From: Tubulanus polymorphus
Lineage: Eukaryota > Animalia > Nemertea
Direction: 5' to 3'
NCBI RefSeq assembly: GCF_964204645.1
Contig: NC_134026.1
Location: forward strand, 14,072,050 to 14,136,049
DNA length: 64,000 nt
In this document: positions 29,472 through 44,122 of the stretch, in pieces
Layout: each line of letters starts with the position of its first letter
Numbering within the stretch: the stretch's first letter is position 1
The notes under the pieces: generated by a model
The model's input: the letters and a program-made list of their open reading frames with translations, nothing else
Told to the model about the DNA's origin: nothing
The model's database searches: none
Translations under genes and position numbers: made by a program

Positions 29472-32400
29472 TTTCAGATTCATTGTCCTCAATCTCTGCT
29501 TCTGGATTCTGCTTAGGTGGGTTTTTTGGTTTACCTTTGTCAGCAATATGATGTTGGCATTGAGCCAATTCATGTAAAATTGCGGTACGTTTTTATGTGA
29601 GCATTCGTTTCATTGGTTCTCGTATTAAACGACGTATAATCGATGCGATTGAAGACATGGCGATCCTCCGTCGATGACATGGTCAACTGAGTTAAAATTC
29701 TACGAAAAAATTTTTGGCGGGAAAATTCTTAGCTCTTGGTCTCGCAATGACCTTGGTTGGGGGGCGTCGTCTCTACGAGCGAGTGGGATTGGCTGTTTTT
29801 GGGATATACGGGGAATTCCGGCGCTACTGAAATAATTATGGGAAAGCCATAGAATGGCGTACGTTTCATTGGACTAGGTGCCGTTCATGTGCGAATTTCA
29901 AATTCTCATTGCTGGTGAGGATGTAATCAGTTCACACATCCGCTATAGTTATTGTTTCATTTTAATACCCGGTGATTGTTTTGATTGACATTGAAGTGTA
30001 AGCGAACATTCTCTTACACGAGGCCTCCACTTGCGCGCGGAGTGCTACACGACACACAAGCTCGTACAGTACACAACTATTTTATTTTAGCGCGTGCATG
30101 TTTGACATGAAAATAGGCTGAGGATGAGCGCTGTGTTTTCTGTTTGATAGAATTTGTAATAAATTGTAATTTCTTGTGATCTGAAAATATTAAGCAGCAA
30201 ACTACAAGTATAGGTCGAGGTCTGAATATTGCAGTCGTAAATTCCAGGATTTAAAACGATCTAATAGCTATGGTGGCTGATTCGGGCCATGTAAAAAAAA
30301 TCACAAATGGTGCACATTTTTTTTAAAGACGGCTAAAAGTCGTTTTTCATGCAATAAAACGAAAATTACCATGTTAAAACGAGAAATTACCGCGTTAAAA
30401 CAAGAAAAAGTCATTTTATTGGCAATAAAACGAGAAAAAGTTGTTTTATTGCGTGATAAAACGAGAAAAAGTCGTTTTATCGCCGATAAAACGAACTTTT
30501 TCGTTTTATTGCCGCATTAAAACGAAAAATAGCGCTATAAAACGAAAATTACCACTGCCGACGTATGAGCTACATATGTTTGAATTCAAGTGTGAAAACA
30601 TGCCTTGACATGTGGCCTAATTGAAGTTTTCCAGGAAACTGGCAGTGTTCCAACAATCTGCCATTCATTCTCATAGTGACTATATTAAAGCTGGTAACGT
30701 AAAAGCACACACATTACTGTTTCATTTTTAACACAAGAAATGACGCGCTGGATGAAGTTATAATTTTTGAATAATTCTCGAAATCTACGCTTTTAGACAA
30801 ATTTCCCGTGCACAACTTAGATGATTTCTGCGGTATTGTTTCCATGTAAAAAAGGTGATAAATTTTTTTTTTTTTTTGCCCAAAAATTTAGCAATTCTAC
30901 TTACCTACTGACTCATCCTGAAAAGTTGAGTTGGTGTTACGGCAAACAGACAATTATTTTGGGATGGCCTTATTTGAATATTTTTTCGTATTGTGAAACA
31001 TATTTTTTTTTTAAATATTAAATAGTTTCCCTGCCACGCCTACCTGTACACTACAGAATTTTGGACGTGGACCGTAACCAAATGTATATCTTTGGTCTTG
31101 TTTGACTACAAAATAATTCTTTAAGAAAAATAAAATACAATATAAACTTGTGGAACTTTGAAATCATGAATTAAAAAGATTTTTCAAGCAATGCCCTTAT
31201 TCCAGCTTTCAAGGTAAACCACACTTTGCCCATGGGCAATTTTTTTTCAGTATTTCTGTCATTTCAATATGGGACGGAGGGCAAGTTATTGTGACAGTCG
31301 TTTTTCCGCAACCAATGCCAACGGTAACAAGATCGTAGGGTTTTCCATGGCTGGCCTAATAGATATCCTAACTTGACAAGCCCTGACAGTGTATTGAATA
31401 CTTTTTATTTCTGTTTTGATTAGGCAGAAACTAAATTGGTACATTTCTATTGTTTCAGATTTGTAAAATGGATGTTGAATGATACGTACAATCCCTATTC
31501 GGTTTCTATTTGTCTATACTACAGCAAACACCGGAATAGCTTCAAAATCGATACGCCACTGGATTAAGACAATTCTTATATGAAACAATCTAGTGGTACC
31601 AGCACGTGCAGTAGTGATAGATCGGACATTGAATTTCGCTCAGACTGCACATTTAAACAAAAGTTGAAGTTAATACAATTCAAGGCTCAATGGACTCACT
31701 GCTCGTCAACAACTTGTTTGCAATCAAACTGTTTTGCATTTTCAAAAATATCGAGAATCAGGTCGATTTTGATCTAATCACATGTTTTATTCAGCCACAT
31801 ATCTTCACTTCAAATCTAGAAAATAAAGAGCATGGTTCAAGGTTTATTTTGGGACCATAGAATTTGTTGTACAAGTTAGTTAAATGTCCAAGCTTATTCA
31901 TACTTTGCTAGTGATAACCTTTAAGTCCTAATAGCAATGACAGTCTTGGTGATTTTTTAAAACTTTTAAACAGGTCTTTAAGTATTATTGCTGAAATTTG
32001 TTATATCGTTACATTATTAACTGTGTTTGTAATGACAAATTATGTGTTATAATCAGGACTTTATGAAATTTTTCATTGAGAGATTTAATATTGCAATATT
32101 TTTGAAAATGCTTTCAATAAAGTTTGAATAAGTTGGACAACCATTTTTCGTCTTCTCTGTGAAGTTTTTGCTGTGTCTGTTATTCATCTGCTTCACTGAT
32201 ATGCAGTTTGAAACTGGAGTGGTTGGATAGAGCATCAAACATAAACCTCAAAAGGAATTACCAGCGAAAAGTTTTAGCTCATGTGGAACTGTCAGAAAAT
32301 ATCCCCAGAAAACAAGCATATTTTAAAATTAAGACATTATTGAATTCTAAATTACATTTCAGCACAAGTGGTGACATATATATTTGTTATACATGTAAGT

Positions 32401-32729
32401 GTAATTGATATATTTAAGAAACATTGATCCAGCCTGCCGGGCGAGGCAGGACCTGTCTTTTTCCCAAACTGGAACTTCGATTATCTCGACGAAGTCTCAA
32501 GGTCCATGGACCTCTTGTTCATTGAAAATTGTCGATAATTGATAACTTGCGACCGACTTCATTCACTTTTGCATCTAAGCTGGTCTGCAACTTCATTGCC
32601 TCCATGGTTGAGGAAAGAGCCCTGATGTCTGCTTCATCATGACTTTGGAGCATATTGTGTGGCCTAGCCAGCCCGGCCCGGCCAGTCCCCAGTTTGGCTA
32701 TCACTTGATATAATGCTTTTGCAAATATT

Positions 32730-33194
32730 GAAATTTGAATATGGTCGAGGATGAAAAACACTTTCTGTTGTTCTGTCCACTTTATACTCGTGTAAGAAAT
32801 ACCCTATTCGAAATGCTTCGCGGCGAATTCGTGGATATTGACCTAATATCTGACCATGAACTATTTATATTTTTAATGAGCATGAGCAACAATGACCATG
32901 AAATTTGTATTTTAGTCAGTAATTCAATTAGTTCCATTGCCGATATCAGGATGGCGTCAGGGATTTAAATAAATCTACTGGGGTCAATCTACTGTGCTGC
33001 CATCTTTGAACACATCCGGTCAACTTTTTCATGTTTTATCCGGTATATCTTTTCACATGTTTAATATGTTTTATAATTTGTCATCATTTTAACCATTTCT
33101 TTGTCTTGTTTAACTTTGTTGACGTGTCACTAAAATGTTTTATTGTAAAATTTATTAGTGTCAATGAAGTACTTGAATTGAATTGAATTGAATT
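32730..33194 (+). mobile_element. 3' end of a 5'-truncated non-LTR retrotransposon
   Basis: VEDEKHFLLFCPLY is a LINE ORF2 C-terminal zinc-knuckle motif. It is followed by a 3' UTR and a (TTGAA)n tail at 33173-33194. Confidence 0.7.
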
Positions 33195-33520
33195 ATCCTC
33201 TTGAGTCTGGGTTGAAGTAGACATTATTGTCATTTAAGATAACTTGTTTATGTTATTCTGTATGAATTACGCATGTGTCTTTTATGTTGTATTTTCTTAT
33301 TTTAAAATTTGTAACTTTATTGAATTTGGGAATTTTATATGTAATAAGGTTCAATTAAGAATTGATTTGAATTGTCAGCTAATACACATGCTATCAGAGG
33401 ACACGGAGCCGTATATGACAGCTATGTTATTATAAATTGCTAATCTCATGAAACCCGCATACCCCTTATATCGAACATATTTTCTAAAACATTTGAATAT
33501 TGAAATTATATGTTTACACA

Positions 33521-33832
33521 TTTTTAGCCCACTTGGGACTTTAGTCCCAGCGGGCTATTGCGTTCACTTTTCGTCGGTCGTCCGTCCGTAGACGGAATCC
33601 AGTTATTTTGGGAAGTTTTGAAGACGCTTCAAGGTAACGTCTTGATATTTGGGTTACACATGTATCTACCCTAGACACATCTTCAGCCCAAAAACTGGCC
33701 CTGTCAGAATCAAGATCAACATAACAAAAATTGGGTCGATCGGATTCAAGATGGCTGTCCTATGACCTTTTTAGTGCCCAAAAATCCTGTAGCTTCCTAC
33801 TGGTTTGCCATTTCTCATTACAATTTGTGATG

Positions 33833-33879
<47 letters not shown>

Positions 33880-36243
33880 GTTCTTTTAAAGCGCTTTTCC
33901 GCAGTATCCCATGCTCAAAGCGCTATCTCCTGGAAATACTGCAAAAACAGGTATGTCTTTAGAGCGTTGCGAAAAGATCCTTCGTCAACTGTGGAACGAA
34001 TGGAAATGGGTAGTCTATTCCAAAGGTAGGTTGCACAGCTAGAAAAGGCACGGTCGCCATATTTGGATTTAGAACGAGGAACGTGTAAAGCAAAGCTGGT
34101 AGAAGAACGAGTGCGCCCCTCTACCCTACGTAGCAGATTTGACAAGTAAACTGGAGCAGATCCATGGATACAACGGTTTACGGTTGACAAGATCTTAAAC
34201 TCGATTCTAGCCTGGACAGGCAGCCAATGGAGTTCTATGAGAATAGGTTTTATTCTATCAAACTTCCTTTTACGACACACTAATCTGGCTGCCATATTTT
34301 GTACTCGCTGAAGAGGCGCTAATGTTTTTGCTAGTAGTCCGTAAAGTATTCCATTGTTAAAATCAAGACGGGACAGGACGAAAGCATGAACTAATTTTAT
34401 AGTGCTGTTTTGGTCCAAGAATCGGCGTATGCGACCAATTTTATACAAAGACGCGTAAGCAGCTTTACAAGTACGTTTAATATGCTCCTGCATAGTCATA
34501 CCCTGGTCCAACCAAGCCCCTAGGTCCTTAACAGACTCAGAGGTTGTAATCGGAACACCGTCTACTTCAATCTCAGGCACTCATCCAACTTTTCTCGTAG
34601 ACACAAGATTAACAGCCTCCGTCTTTGGAGGGTTCAGCGCGAGCTTATTAGCAGTAAGCCATGATTTAATATCCGTTATACAGGTCTCCATGTTTTTCAC
34701 CATTATGTCACGCTGCGATCACCGAGCGCAACCGAATCAATAAGCTGATAATCATCAGCAAACAGTTGATAATCCAAGGAATGATCACGCATCACATTGC
34801 TCAGCGGTAGGGTGTAGACAGTGAACAATATAGGGCCTAGCACTGATCCCTGCGGCACACCAAATTGGAGAGGAACGGATTCCGACAGTTGACCGGAGAT
34901 GTAGAGTGAAAGAGTTCTCCCCTGCAGATAGGATACAAACCAGCACAATGCCACATCACTCACTCCAATACACGTTCGGAGCCTTTCAAGCATGATAGTA
35001 TGGTCAACGGTATCATAAGCAGCGGTTCAATCCAATAACGTTAGAAGCACTTCATGGCCAGAGTCCAACGATGTAAGAATCTGGTCAGTTACTTTCATTA
35101 ATACCGACTCAGTACTATGGCCTCTTCGATACACCGATTGGTTCGGGTCGTAGAGACCGTTAAGTGTCATGTGAGTGATGAGACGCACAGCTGCAACACG
35201 TTCGATTAGCTTGGACAAATAGCTCAAGTTAGAAACAGGCCTGAAACTCCCGCGGGCATCCTTGTCCATTGAGGGTTTTTTGAGAAGTGGCTTCACAATC
35301 GCAAATTTCAAAGCAGTAGGAAACTGCCCACTCTCCAACGATTTATTTACTATGGACACTAACACAGGTAGTAATGACTCGATACACCCCTTTATTACAA
35401 CTGTTGGAATGGGGTCGAAAGAACAATATTATGGGTATTCTTTGGAAAGGGATGTTTTATACCTGAGACAGGTATTTTTCATCAGCCAATTATGACGCAA
35501 TTGGCGGCCATCTTGGTGTCACCAGTACTCATTCGTAAGTGGGAAAAAGATTTTCCACATTATATTGATACCTAAGCGTATTTTGCTACCACAATCAATT
35601 AGAAAGTTGTAGCTCATAATGTGTTCTATGATTGTGGTGAGTTTCAAGGTAATTGGATTTCGTATATGGCCACCAGGGGGCATTGAATAATACAATATCT
35701 TAGCATTTCTTTATTATATTCGTACCTATGCAGATTATATTGATACCTAAGCATATTTTGTAACCACAATCAATTGGAAAGTTGTAGCTCATGACATCAT
35801 CTATGATTGTTGCGAGTTTTAAGGACATAAGTTTTTCTATATGGTCACCAGGGGGCGTTGAATAGTAGAATAACTTAGTATTTCCTTATTATATTGGTAC
35901 CTAGGCATATTTTGTTACCATGATCAATTGCAAAGTTGTAGTTCATGACATGTTCAATGATTGTGGTGAGTTTCGAGGTCATTGGGTTTCGAATATGGTC
36001 ACCAGGGGGCGTTGAATAGTAGAATGACTTAGTATTTCCATATTAAATTGGTAACGAGGCATATTTTGTTATCACAATCAATTACAAAATCGTAGCTGCT
36101 GACATGTTCTATGATTGTGGTGAGTTTCAAGGTCATTGGTTTTTGTAAATGGTCACCAGGGGGCGTTGAATGTTGAAATTGTTAGATTGTTGAGCATTTG
36201 AAACCACTTCCCAAGTGGGCATGGTGTCCCTGGACCACTAGTT
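33521..36243 (+). mobile_element. HINE family 1 copy interrupted by a LINE
   Basis: Both termini are present, with small internal deletions. The LINE sits at ...GTGATGGGTA. Confidence 0.85.
33837..35430 (-). mobile_element. 5'-truncated L2/CR1-group LINE (RT and C-terminus; frameshifted)
   Basis: Motifs FRPVSNLSYLSKLIER, GVPQGSVLGPILF, LFADD and LHWLPVQARIEFK. (TTA)n tail. 7-bp TSD ATGGGTA at 33830-36 and 35431-37. Confidence 0.93.
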
Positions 36244-38715
36244 ATATTGACTGCTTGTAGCCGCCGATGAAATTCATGCCAGCCCTACACAGGTTGTAGA
36301 TAGCTTTGTCATTCCACCGGCATCCCCATGTCAGGGTCTTACTTTTATATCAGACTTCCAAATCGTGTATACATCCGCCATTTTGACTGAATGATCCGAT
36401 TTACTTATCATTTCTATTTATGCCTGCCGCTTCTGATATAATCATACATCCTTTACTATTACAATATGTCTTCTAATGTTATTCAATGCAATGTAACATT
36501 TCGACGTTCAAATAGAGCTCATTATATAATCACAGGAAGTCATTCTACATCTTTCTACATCTTCGTCAATAATATTTTGCCAAATAGCTTGTATGTGTAC
36601 ACATAGACCTGTGACGTTTTGCACATCGATTTACCGTTGTCGTTTGTAAAATGACGCTGAATGGTTAACATTGTTAAGGTTTAATGATGGTTTACGTTTT
36701 ATAAGGCGACAAAAAACTAGAATCCATCCCGACGAAGTTCACAACTCACTCTGCGACAATTGTATTGATTTCTCAGCTGTGTGCATAAAACGTTAGATGG
36801 CTAAATGGTACCTGGCATTAACCATCACTCTACTGAATTCATCACGTAGTTTAATCAATACCTCTTGAGCTGCCTTCTAGTGCGCTCGTGTCTTGTATGA
36901 TAGTCTGTTGAACGAGTCGTGGAAGAATGAAGAGTGCTGCAACTGATGAAGCGCAAGCAACAAAAAAGTTGTGTTAGAAATCTAATTTTGTATTCCATTT
37001 CATTAGTATTTTCTTGTTTTTGTGGTTCTCTTTCCATCATAATCTCGGCTTGATTACGTATGTACACACAGTGTAAAGCTACTTTTTTGTTTAGGAAGAA
37101 TTTTTCATTCAAAAACTACTCTACTGATGAGGAATCAATATTTTTCATAATCTATGAAAAAACTATGATTTTTGGAGGAGACTATTATCAAAACTACCCC
37201 AAATTTGTTTTTGGTGTTGAGAGGTCTAATTTTTATCATTTTTGGTTAGTAGATTCTTCATTGGCCAGAAATGATTGACACAATTTGAAGCAAAGTTGTA
37301 CAGTTTATCATGCTAATACTCCCTCTTCAGTTTCAAGGTCATGCAGATATCTATATGGCAAACATGTCATTTGAACATTTCTTTCATATTTCAAAGAAAT
37401 GTTTTTGATAGCACTTTTCAGAGGTTGGCAGCCCTGCCTTTATTTTAGCATTGGTTAACGTCTATGACATCATGCCAATCAGGGCCGCACTTTTTTGCCC
37501 GATCAAGATTATTTCTGAAGGCACATTTCGGTTGGTTGCTGTACATAAAATATAGGCCCTATTCATTGTATCTACTATGATGTATGTATTTTATCAATCG
37601 GAGGCAGACACGTGCGCGCGGCGACAGTAGTAATGTAAATAGGCTTCTACTGTTGCCATGCGCGTTCTTGGCGAATACCTTCACTTCAGATATTATACAC
37701 TGCCATGAGTTTTAGTGAGCATTCATCGGCGCATTTTAACTGCAATAATTCAGGGCTCAACCGGTAATGCGATTGTTATAGAATGAGGATGTGGCACATA
37801 GGAAATAGCCATTACCTCCCAAAATATAGTAGTCGTTCAAGATCGCTCTAAGTGCTTGGAAAACGCTTTTGATTTCTAGAATTTTCTCTGGGGAAGGCCC
37901 CCAACCCCCCCTCCCCCGGAATAGCTTCGCGTCTCAGGTGCTCGCGAGTGCCTGCTACACGTATGTAACTAAAAAAAAACCAGATTTTATAGGTCGGTTT
38001 TCTCATCTCTGCAAAGATGAATAGAATAAATCATTCTCTCGAGTCTACTCTATGTGCTACTGACATCATTGGCTAGCTAGTTTAGAAAATCAATACCACC
38101 TGCAGCACTCCTTACTGCGGTGTTTGTTGGAAAATCGATACTGCCAGCAGCACCCTGACTGTTCAGTATCCAGCTAACCGACAGATGAAAAATGGTGTCT
38201 TATATTTAGCTCTATATATGCTACGTGGTCTAGTGATTGTTTTAATGTAGAGAACAAGTGGCAATTTTTCCGCCAAAATACCTTCACTGATGATGTAGTT
38301 TCTTGTATACCTGTTAGAGGGCAGCAATTCCTTGCGGTGTAACTTTTTTAAAAAGTTTATTCATGTTTATTGGTAAAAGGGATGCAAAGAAATGAAAATT
38401 CCAATCAAGCAACTGTTTTTAGCCCACTTGGGACTTTAATCACAGCGGGGCTATTGCATTATCTTTTTGTCCGTCGTCCGTTCGTCCATCCGTAGACGGA
38501 ATCCAGTTATTTTGGGAAGTTTTTAAGACACTTCAATGTTATGTCTTGATATTTGTATTACACATGTATCTACCCTAGACACATCTTCAGCCCAAAAACT
38601 GGTCCTGTCAGAATCAAGATGGCCGACTGGCAGCCATTGTTGTTTGCCAAAATCAGCACTTATTAAACATTTTTGTGTTTTTTGAGGGAAATTTTGAAGA
38701 CGCGATGATCAATTG

Positions 38716-39601
38716 GGGGCCGGTTTCACGAAGCATAATTAACTTTAATTATAATTAGGACCTAAATCATGATTAAATTTCCTTAATCATGATTAGTTAA
38801 TTACGATTAAAATTCGGTTTCACGAAAGGGTTTAATTACAAAATTAACTAATTACATAATTAGGCAACTTAATTACAATTTAACTGTATCAAAATGGCGG
38901 AACTTTAGACAGCCATTTGCTGTCCAAGCATCAACAACCTTCCTTGTTTAGAGGAATAGAGAAATTCACTCCTTTGGGAGTTAAAGATTGCTCTGAAAGG
39001 TCTCAGGAACCAGTGGAAAAACTTAGCAAGATGTCTCAAAAGTTTTTAAATAGAAACTCACCTCCAGTCAGCAAAATAAAATCCTCGTAAATGGGGTTTA
39101 TTTCCGAGCAGCACTTTTTAACACTAACTCCATAGATATGTACTCTACTGACAGAAATCTATCATATGTATTGACAAAATCAATTAATTCAATACTTCTA
39201 AGTATGTGGTGGTCGTGCTGACAAAAACATAGGACGTTTGAAAATAAATCAATAGAATTTAGAGTATTGACATGCCTTTTTTACAAAAGGCAAAAAATCC
39301 AAACAATATTTGAGCCAAACAATCTGAAAAACTGAATAAGTGTAGGAATTGCCGTCGTCAATTAATAAACACCAAATTCCATGAATAATATCTGCAGCTT
39401 TTTGTTTTTAATAATAAACTAATGATGATTAAATGGTTTAATTACACTCTAGTGGAGAATTAAATTTTGTAATTAACTTAATTATAATTAAAGTTGATTA
39501 CGTTTTGTGAAACACCTAACTTGATTAAATCATGATAATTTACTCATGATTAGTGATTTAATCATAATTAAGGGTTAATTACGCTTTGTGAAACCGGCCC
39601 C
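38716..39601. mobile_element. PIF/Harbinger-like MITE
   Basis: TIRs GGGGCCGGTTTCAC / GTGAAACCGGCCCC with AT-rich TAATTA-type subterminal repeats. TSD is ambiguous. Confidence 0.75.
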
Positions 39602-39767
39602 TGGATCTTTCGTATGTATGTGAACCCCCAAGTGTCCATCAGCATAAGAAGAATTGGGTCAATCAGACTCAAGATGGCTGTAGTATGAACTTTTTGGGAT
39701 CAGCCTATTATGATGCAATTGGCGGCCATCTTGGTGTCATCAGTACTCATTTGTAGGCGGAAAAAAG

Positions 39768-40622
39768 TTTTCAGGCCAGCCGTAGGCTGAGCCTATTACT
39801 ATACAAATGGAGCGAATTTAAATGACATGGTTTCCAGAGCAAAGGCTCTTTGTCTGTGCAACTGAGCATATAATCATACAAATCATTCATTAAAACATTA
39901 TCCATTCTCCAAACTCTACGTAGCTGAATTTTGAAAGAGGGCCTCGTTAAAATTTATATGAGCTTTTTCGCGAATATCTGATCGCAAGAATATCGGTTTT
40001 GAAAAGCCAATCAGAAAGCAAAGACTCCTCTATGATTGGCTTAGCCGCAGAAATCAGCAGGTGTTCACATGAACCCGCAGTATCGTCTACCGTTTAACTT
40101 CCTGGTTTTATTTTTAGATCTAAAGTTGTATTTCAAGATCGATTTCTGTGAAAGCTTTAGTTGATTTGGGTTTTGAGAGGAATATTTTTATTAGCACTAC
40201 AGAAAATATCGTTGACAATTGTGCAAAGTCCAGAAAAAATAGCTTTTTCTTAAATCGGAAAGATGACCTTGATATGCTAATTAGCCATGTGCTCAAATAC
40301 AAATTCAATCAAATTTTATTTAGCAAAAAATATCAAATCCAATTCAATTTTGTTTTATTGAGCAAATTTCAGAAAATTTAATTCTATTCTACATTAAAAT
40401 CAATAAGACCAAGGGAAAAGATTTATCTGAGGTGTTTGTTCCTGCCAGATCCAGTCGCTGTCTGTGCTACTTATGTATTCTACGATTGTATTGTGTAAAT
40501 TATTAGGTATTGACTCTCAGCTGGGAGTGTATTACGACAAATTTAACCCACAGAATGCATCATCATGTACCATTTTATGAAAAGCTGACAGGCTGGCCAT
40601 AGTGCCCCTTGGGGTTTTTGTT
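39768..40622 (+). mobile_element. HINE-like family 2, copy 2
   Basis: Sub-TIR GGCCAGCC / GGCTGGCC and a 3' hairpin. Inserted in the T-run of HINE family 1 (AAAGTTTTTCCAC in other copies) without a TSD. Confidence 0.75.
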
Positions 40623-40704
40623 CTACATTATATTGATACCTAAGCATATTTTGTTAGCACAATCAATTGGAAAGTTGTAGGTCATAACGTGTTCTATGAT
40701 TCTA

Positions 40705-42400
40705 TGAGTTGTTTGTTTTAATGGTATTAACTCGTCAAGAAGGGGTATAACTATCGGAGTTCCCCAAGGTTCTATTCTCGGTCCTCTTTTATATCTATTA
40801 TTCATAAATGATTGTGTCAATGCTTCAAAAATTCTTGACTTCACCCTTTTTGCAGATGACACAACATGCTTCGCTTATTCAAAAGATCATAAGATATTCC
40901 AACTGATAAACAATGAACTCATCAAACTTCGAATGTGGTTTCAAGTTAATAAATTGTCTCTTAACCTTGAAAAATGTTATTTTATGATTTTCGGAAATTT
41001 CAAGGGTACCCCTTGTGCCATAAAAATTGGAAATGTGCCAATAAAGCAATTTCATTCCACAAAATTTCTTGGTTTATATATTGATAGTAAACTGACGTGG
41101 TCTGACCACATATCATTTGTCTGTAAAAAGATCTTTCGTAGTATTGGTGTTTTGAATAGAGTTAAAAGACGATTGCCAGTTTTAGTGATGAAAACCTTAT
41201 ACTATAGTTTTGTTTACCCGTATCTCCAATACTGCAATTTTATCTGAGGCAATAACTACGAATCGAGAATCAGGCCAATAATCCTACTTCAAAAGCGTGC
41301 GATCAGGGTTATATCGAAGGTTACCTTCTTTGACCATACAGCCCCCATCTTCAAAAACTTAGGTATCCTTACTTTTCGAGCAATGACGAAATTTCAATTG
41401 TGCTTTTTCATATTTAAATATAAGGATTCACTACTGCCTAACTCGTTTTCAGATTATTAGGGTTTTCTGACTTTCGTCGAAAACCCTCTTGAAGTTCTGT
41501 TGATTATTATTATTATATATTTTCCGCCGATTTCGTCAAATAAAATTCATCTTCATTCAGATTCGGCAACTGACAGCTTCGAAATGAAATGTATAAATTG
41601 ATACTGTAATAACGGTCTCTTTGATCCAACAGATTGTCTGAATGTACTTTCCATCCTATTTGAAACTTAAAATTACTTATTAGGTTACTGTAAATAAAGA
41701 ATTGAATTGAATTGTTAGACAACAAGCACCGGCGAAATAACAGTTTGTGACGTCATTTAGTAAGTAAATAAAGGAGGGCTCCGAGAATTTCCAAATCACG
41801 GGGACTATACTGGGGTTAGACCATTCAACTAAAAAGAGGATTGCTCCGATAATATCCAAATCATCTCATTTTATTTTTTCCATCGAATACCCGGTAATTA
41901 ATTTTACCTTTCGATCACATGCATCCAGAAAAAACCCGTTATCGCTGCTTTGCAGCTATATTTTTTCATTAAATTCCGACTTTCACCATCATCATACCCG
42001 AAACCATCATGCATTCAAAGTAAAACAATTTAGAACCAATCGAAAGAAATTTTCATTAGAAGTATCAGCCCCTCTAACTTGGAATAACTTACCTTACTCA
42101 CTGAAGATCATTGGATCAGTATCCCCTCCGGTTTTTAAACGTGCTCTCAAACAGTATCTTCTCAATTAATGTTTCGATAACCTTGCCAGTCTCTGCCATC
42201 TGGCACTTAAATATTTTCAGTGTGAATGTGGTGTGAAAGAGAGTGTGATTGGGTGTACGAGGGTGGCATGAATATCATATAAACCTTAACAGGTTTCTTC
42301 ATGTTTTCCTCCATCTTGAATTTTTGTATTTGTATTACTTTGTACGATTATTATAATTCAAAATGGAAAAATAAAATAATAATAAAATAATGAAATAATG
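40705..42400 (+). mobile_element. 5'-truncated CR1/L2-group LINE, decayed
   Basis: GVPQGSILGPLL, FINDC, LFADDTT, WFQVNKLSLN, KFLGLYIDSKLTW, and later WNNLP...FKRALKQYLL. A-rich (TAAAA/TAA) tail near 42368-42400. Confidence 0.88.
41454..41963 (+). mobile_element. HINE-like family 3 inserted in the LINE
   Basis: 5' GGGTTTTC...GAAAACCC hairpin plus (TTA)n. 3' AAAACCC sub-TIR and GCTGCTTTGCAGC hairpin followed by a T-run. The same 3' end occurs inverted at 60404-60440. Confidence 0.65.
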
Positions 42401-43876
42401 ATATTGGTGGGATTCAAGGTCATTGCTTATTGTAAATGGCCACCAGGGGCGTTGAATAATATAAAAACTTAGAATTTCTATATCATACTTGTACCCTTGC
42501 ATATTTTGTTACCACAATTAATTGCAAAGTTTTAGCTCATGACATTTTCTATGATCGTGGTGAGTTTTAAGGACATAAGTTGTTCTATATGGTCTCCAGG
42601 GGGTGTTGAATGGAAGAATAATTTGGTATTTCCTTATTATACTGATACCTAGGCATATTTTGTTACCATGTTCAATTGCAAAGTTGTAACTCATGACATG
42701 TTCTATGATTGTGGTGAGATTCAAGGTCATTGGTTTTTGTATATGGTCACCAGTGGGCGTTGAATATTGAAATTGTTAGATTGTTGAGCATTTGAAACCG
42801 TTTCCCAAGTAGGCATGGCATCCCTGGACCCCTAGTTTTATTCAATACCCCCAATAAGATTTAGATACAGTCTGTAATATTAATGTGCGAATACTCATTG
42901 CTCCAATTTTGATGATTACATTTTATATGCAACTAACGACGAATAGACAATTCATACGGTTGGTTTTATTCTTAATTGGTAACGGTTTAATGCAAATACA
43001 TACGAGTCATAAGTACAAGATGTGCAAACATGCCTAACAAGGACCATTATGTTTGGAGGGTTTCCTATTGTGTCTCTATATAACTTATTTATTATGCTAC
43101 GTTTGGTAGGAAATACGAAATATTTAACCATTTTCATGTTTTATAAATTCAACCTTTAATTATGTCCTGAGACGTGAGTGTGCTTACCAGAGCGAATAAT
43201 ACGCACTTGATTAAATACAGAGACCGGACTCTATAGTGACAACACAAATTTAACCGTTCGTAACACATGTATTACAGTTTGCATTTTCTATTTCTGTTAG
43301 AGACAAATGATTATGAACACCATGGATGAAAAAAAAAGAAAGATGACTAACGCATAAAAGAACTCAAATTTGTCATGCTTGTTTTTTAAGGAATTTCGGG
43401 TTCATCACTCAGAAGAAAGCAAATGTCCCTGGGAAATTGGTACAATGATTTGTCCCTGTGAAAAATGTTCATGTCCCTGAGATGATATCTGTAGGGTTGG
43501 CAGATCTGACAATGTTCCATTATATTGCCGTACCTACGCATGTTTTGTAGCACAATCAGCTGCAAATTTTTTTTTGGAGCTCATATGATTAGTGTGTTAA
43601 TTCACCGGGGGGTGTTGAATATTGAATTATCAGATTGTCAAGCATTTCATTAATTTGGAATGGTATCCCTGGACCCTAGTTTAATGTTTTGACCTGTTTT
43701 GAGGTTTGGGAATTTTTTAATGCGCCTACAAAATATCACCATTTTCAAACAACACTTAAATATGTACACCAATCCTTATAAGCAGGACCCTTAGTCCTCC
43801 AGTTGTTTCTTCCACTGAGCCTCCTTTTAACTTATTAATGTAATATCAATATTTACCTAATTGATTTTTTTTTCAG

Positions 43877-44122
43877 CTGTTGAACCATTCAAAGCAGAGA
43901 TGATATCTGAAGTAGTGTTGCAGCGTTTGCTACGTCAAAATATAATTTTGAGCTTACGCTATGAAGATAAAGACCCTGACCATAATATAATATTTGAACG
44001 GGGTAAACCATGTGATTATTTTGTACTTGTACTACAAGGTCGTGTCTCGGTTATTGTTGGTAAGGAAAACCTTATGTTTGAAGGTGGACCATTCACATTC
44101 TTCGGATTACAGGCTCTTCAAT
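43877..44122 (+). CDS. CNNM: CNNM exon 4 (cyclic-nucleotide-binding homology domain)
   Basis: Poly-T plus cag acceptor and gtaagt donor. Translates to VEPFKAEMISEVVLQRLL...GKPCDYFVLVLQGRVSVIVGKENLMFEGGPFTFFG. 246 nt. Confidence 0.95.

Larger units (their letters stand above)
38416..42837 (+). mobile_element. HINE family 1 copy split by several nested insertions
   Basis: Collinear pieces at 38416-38714, 39602-39767, 40623-40704 and ~42400-42837. Confidence 0.8.
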
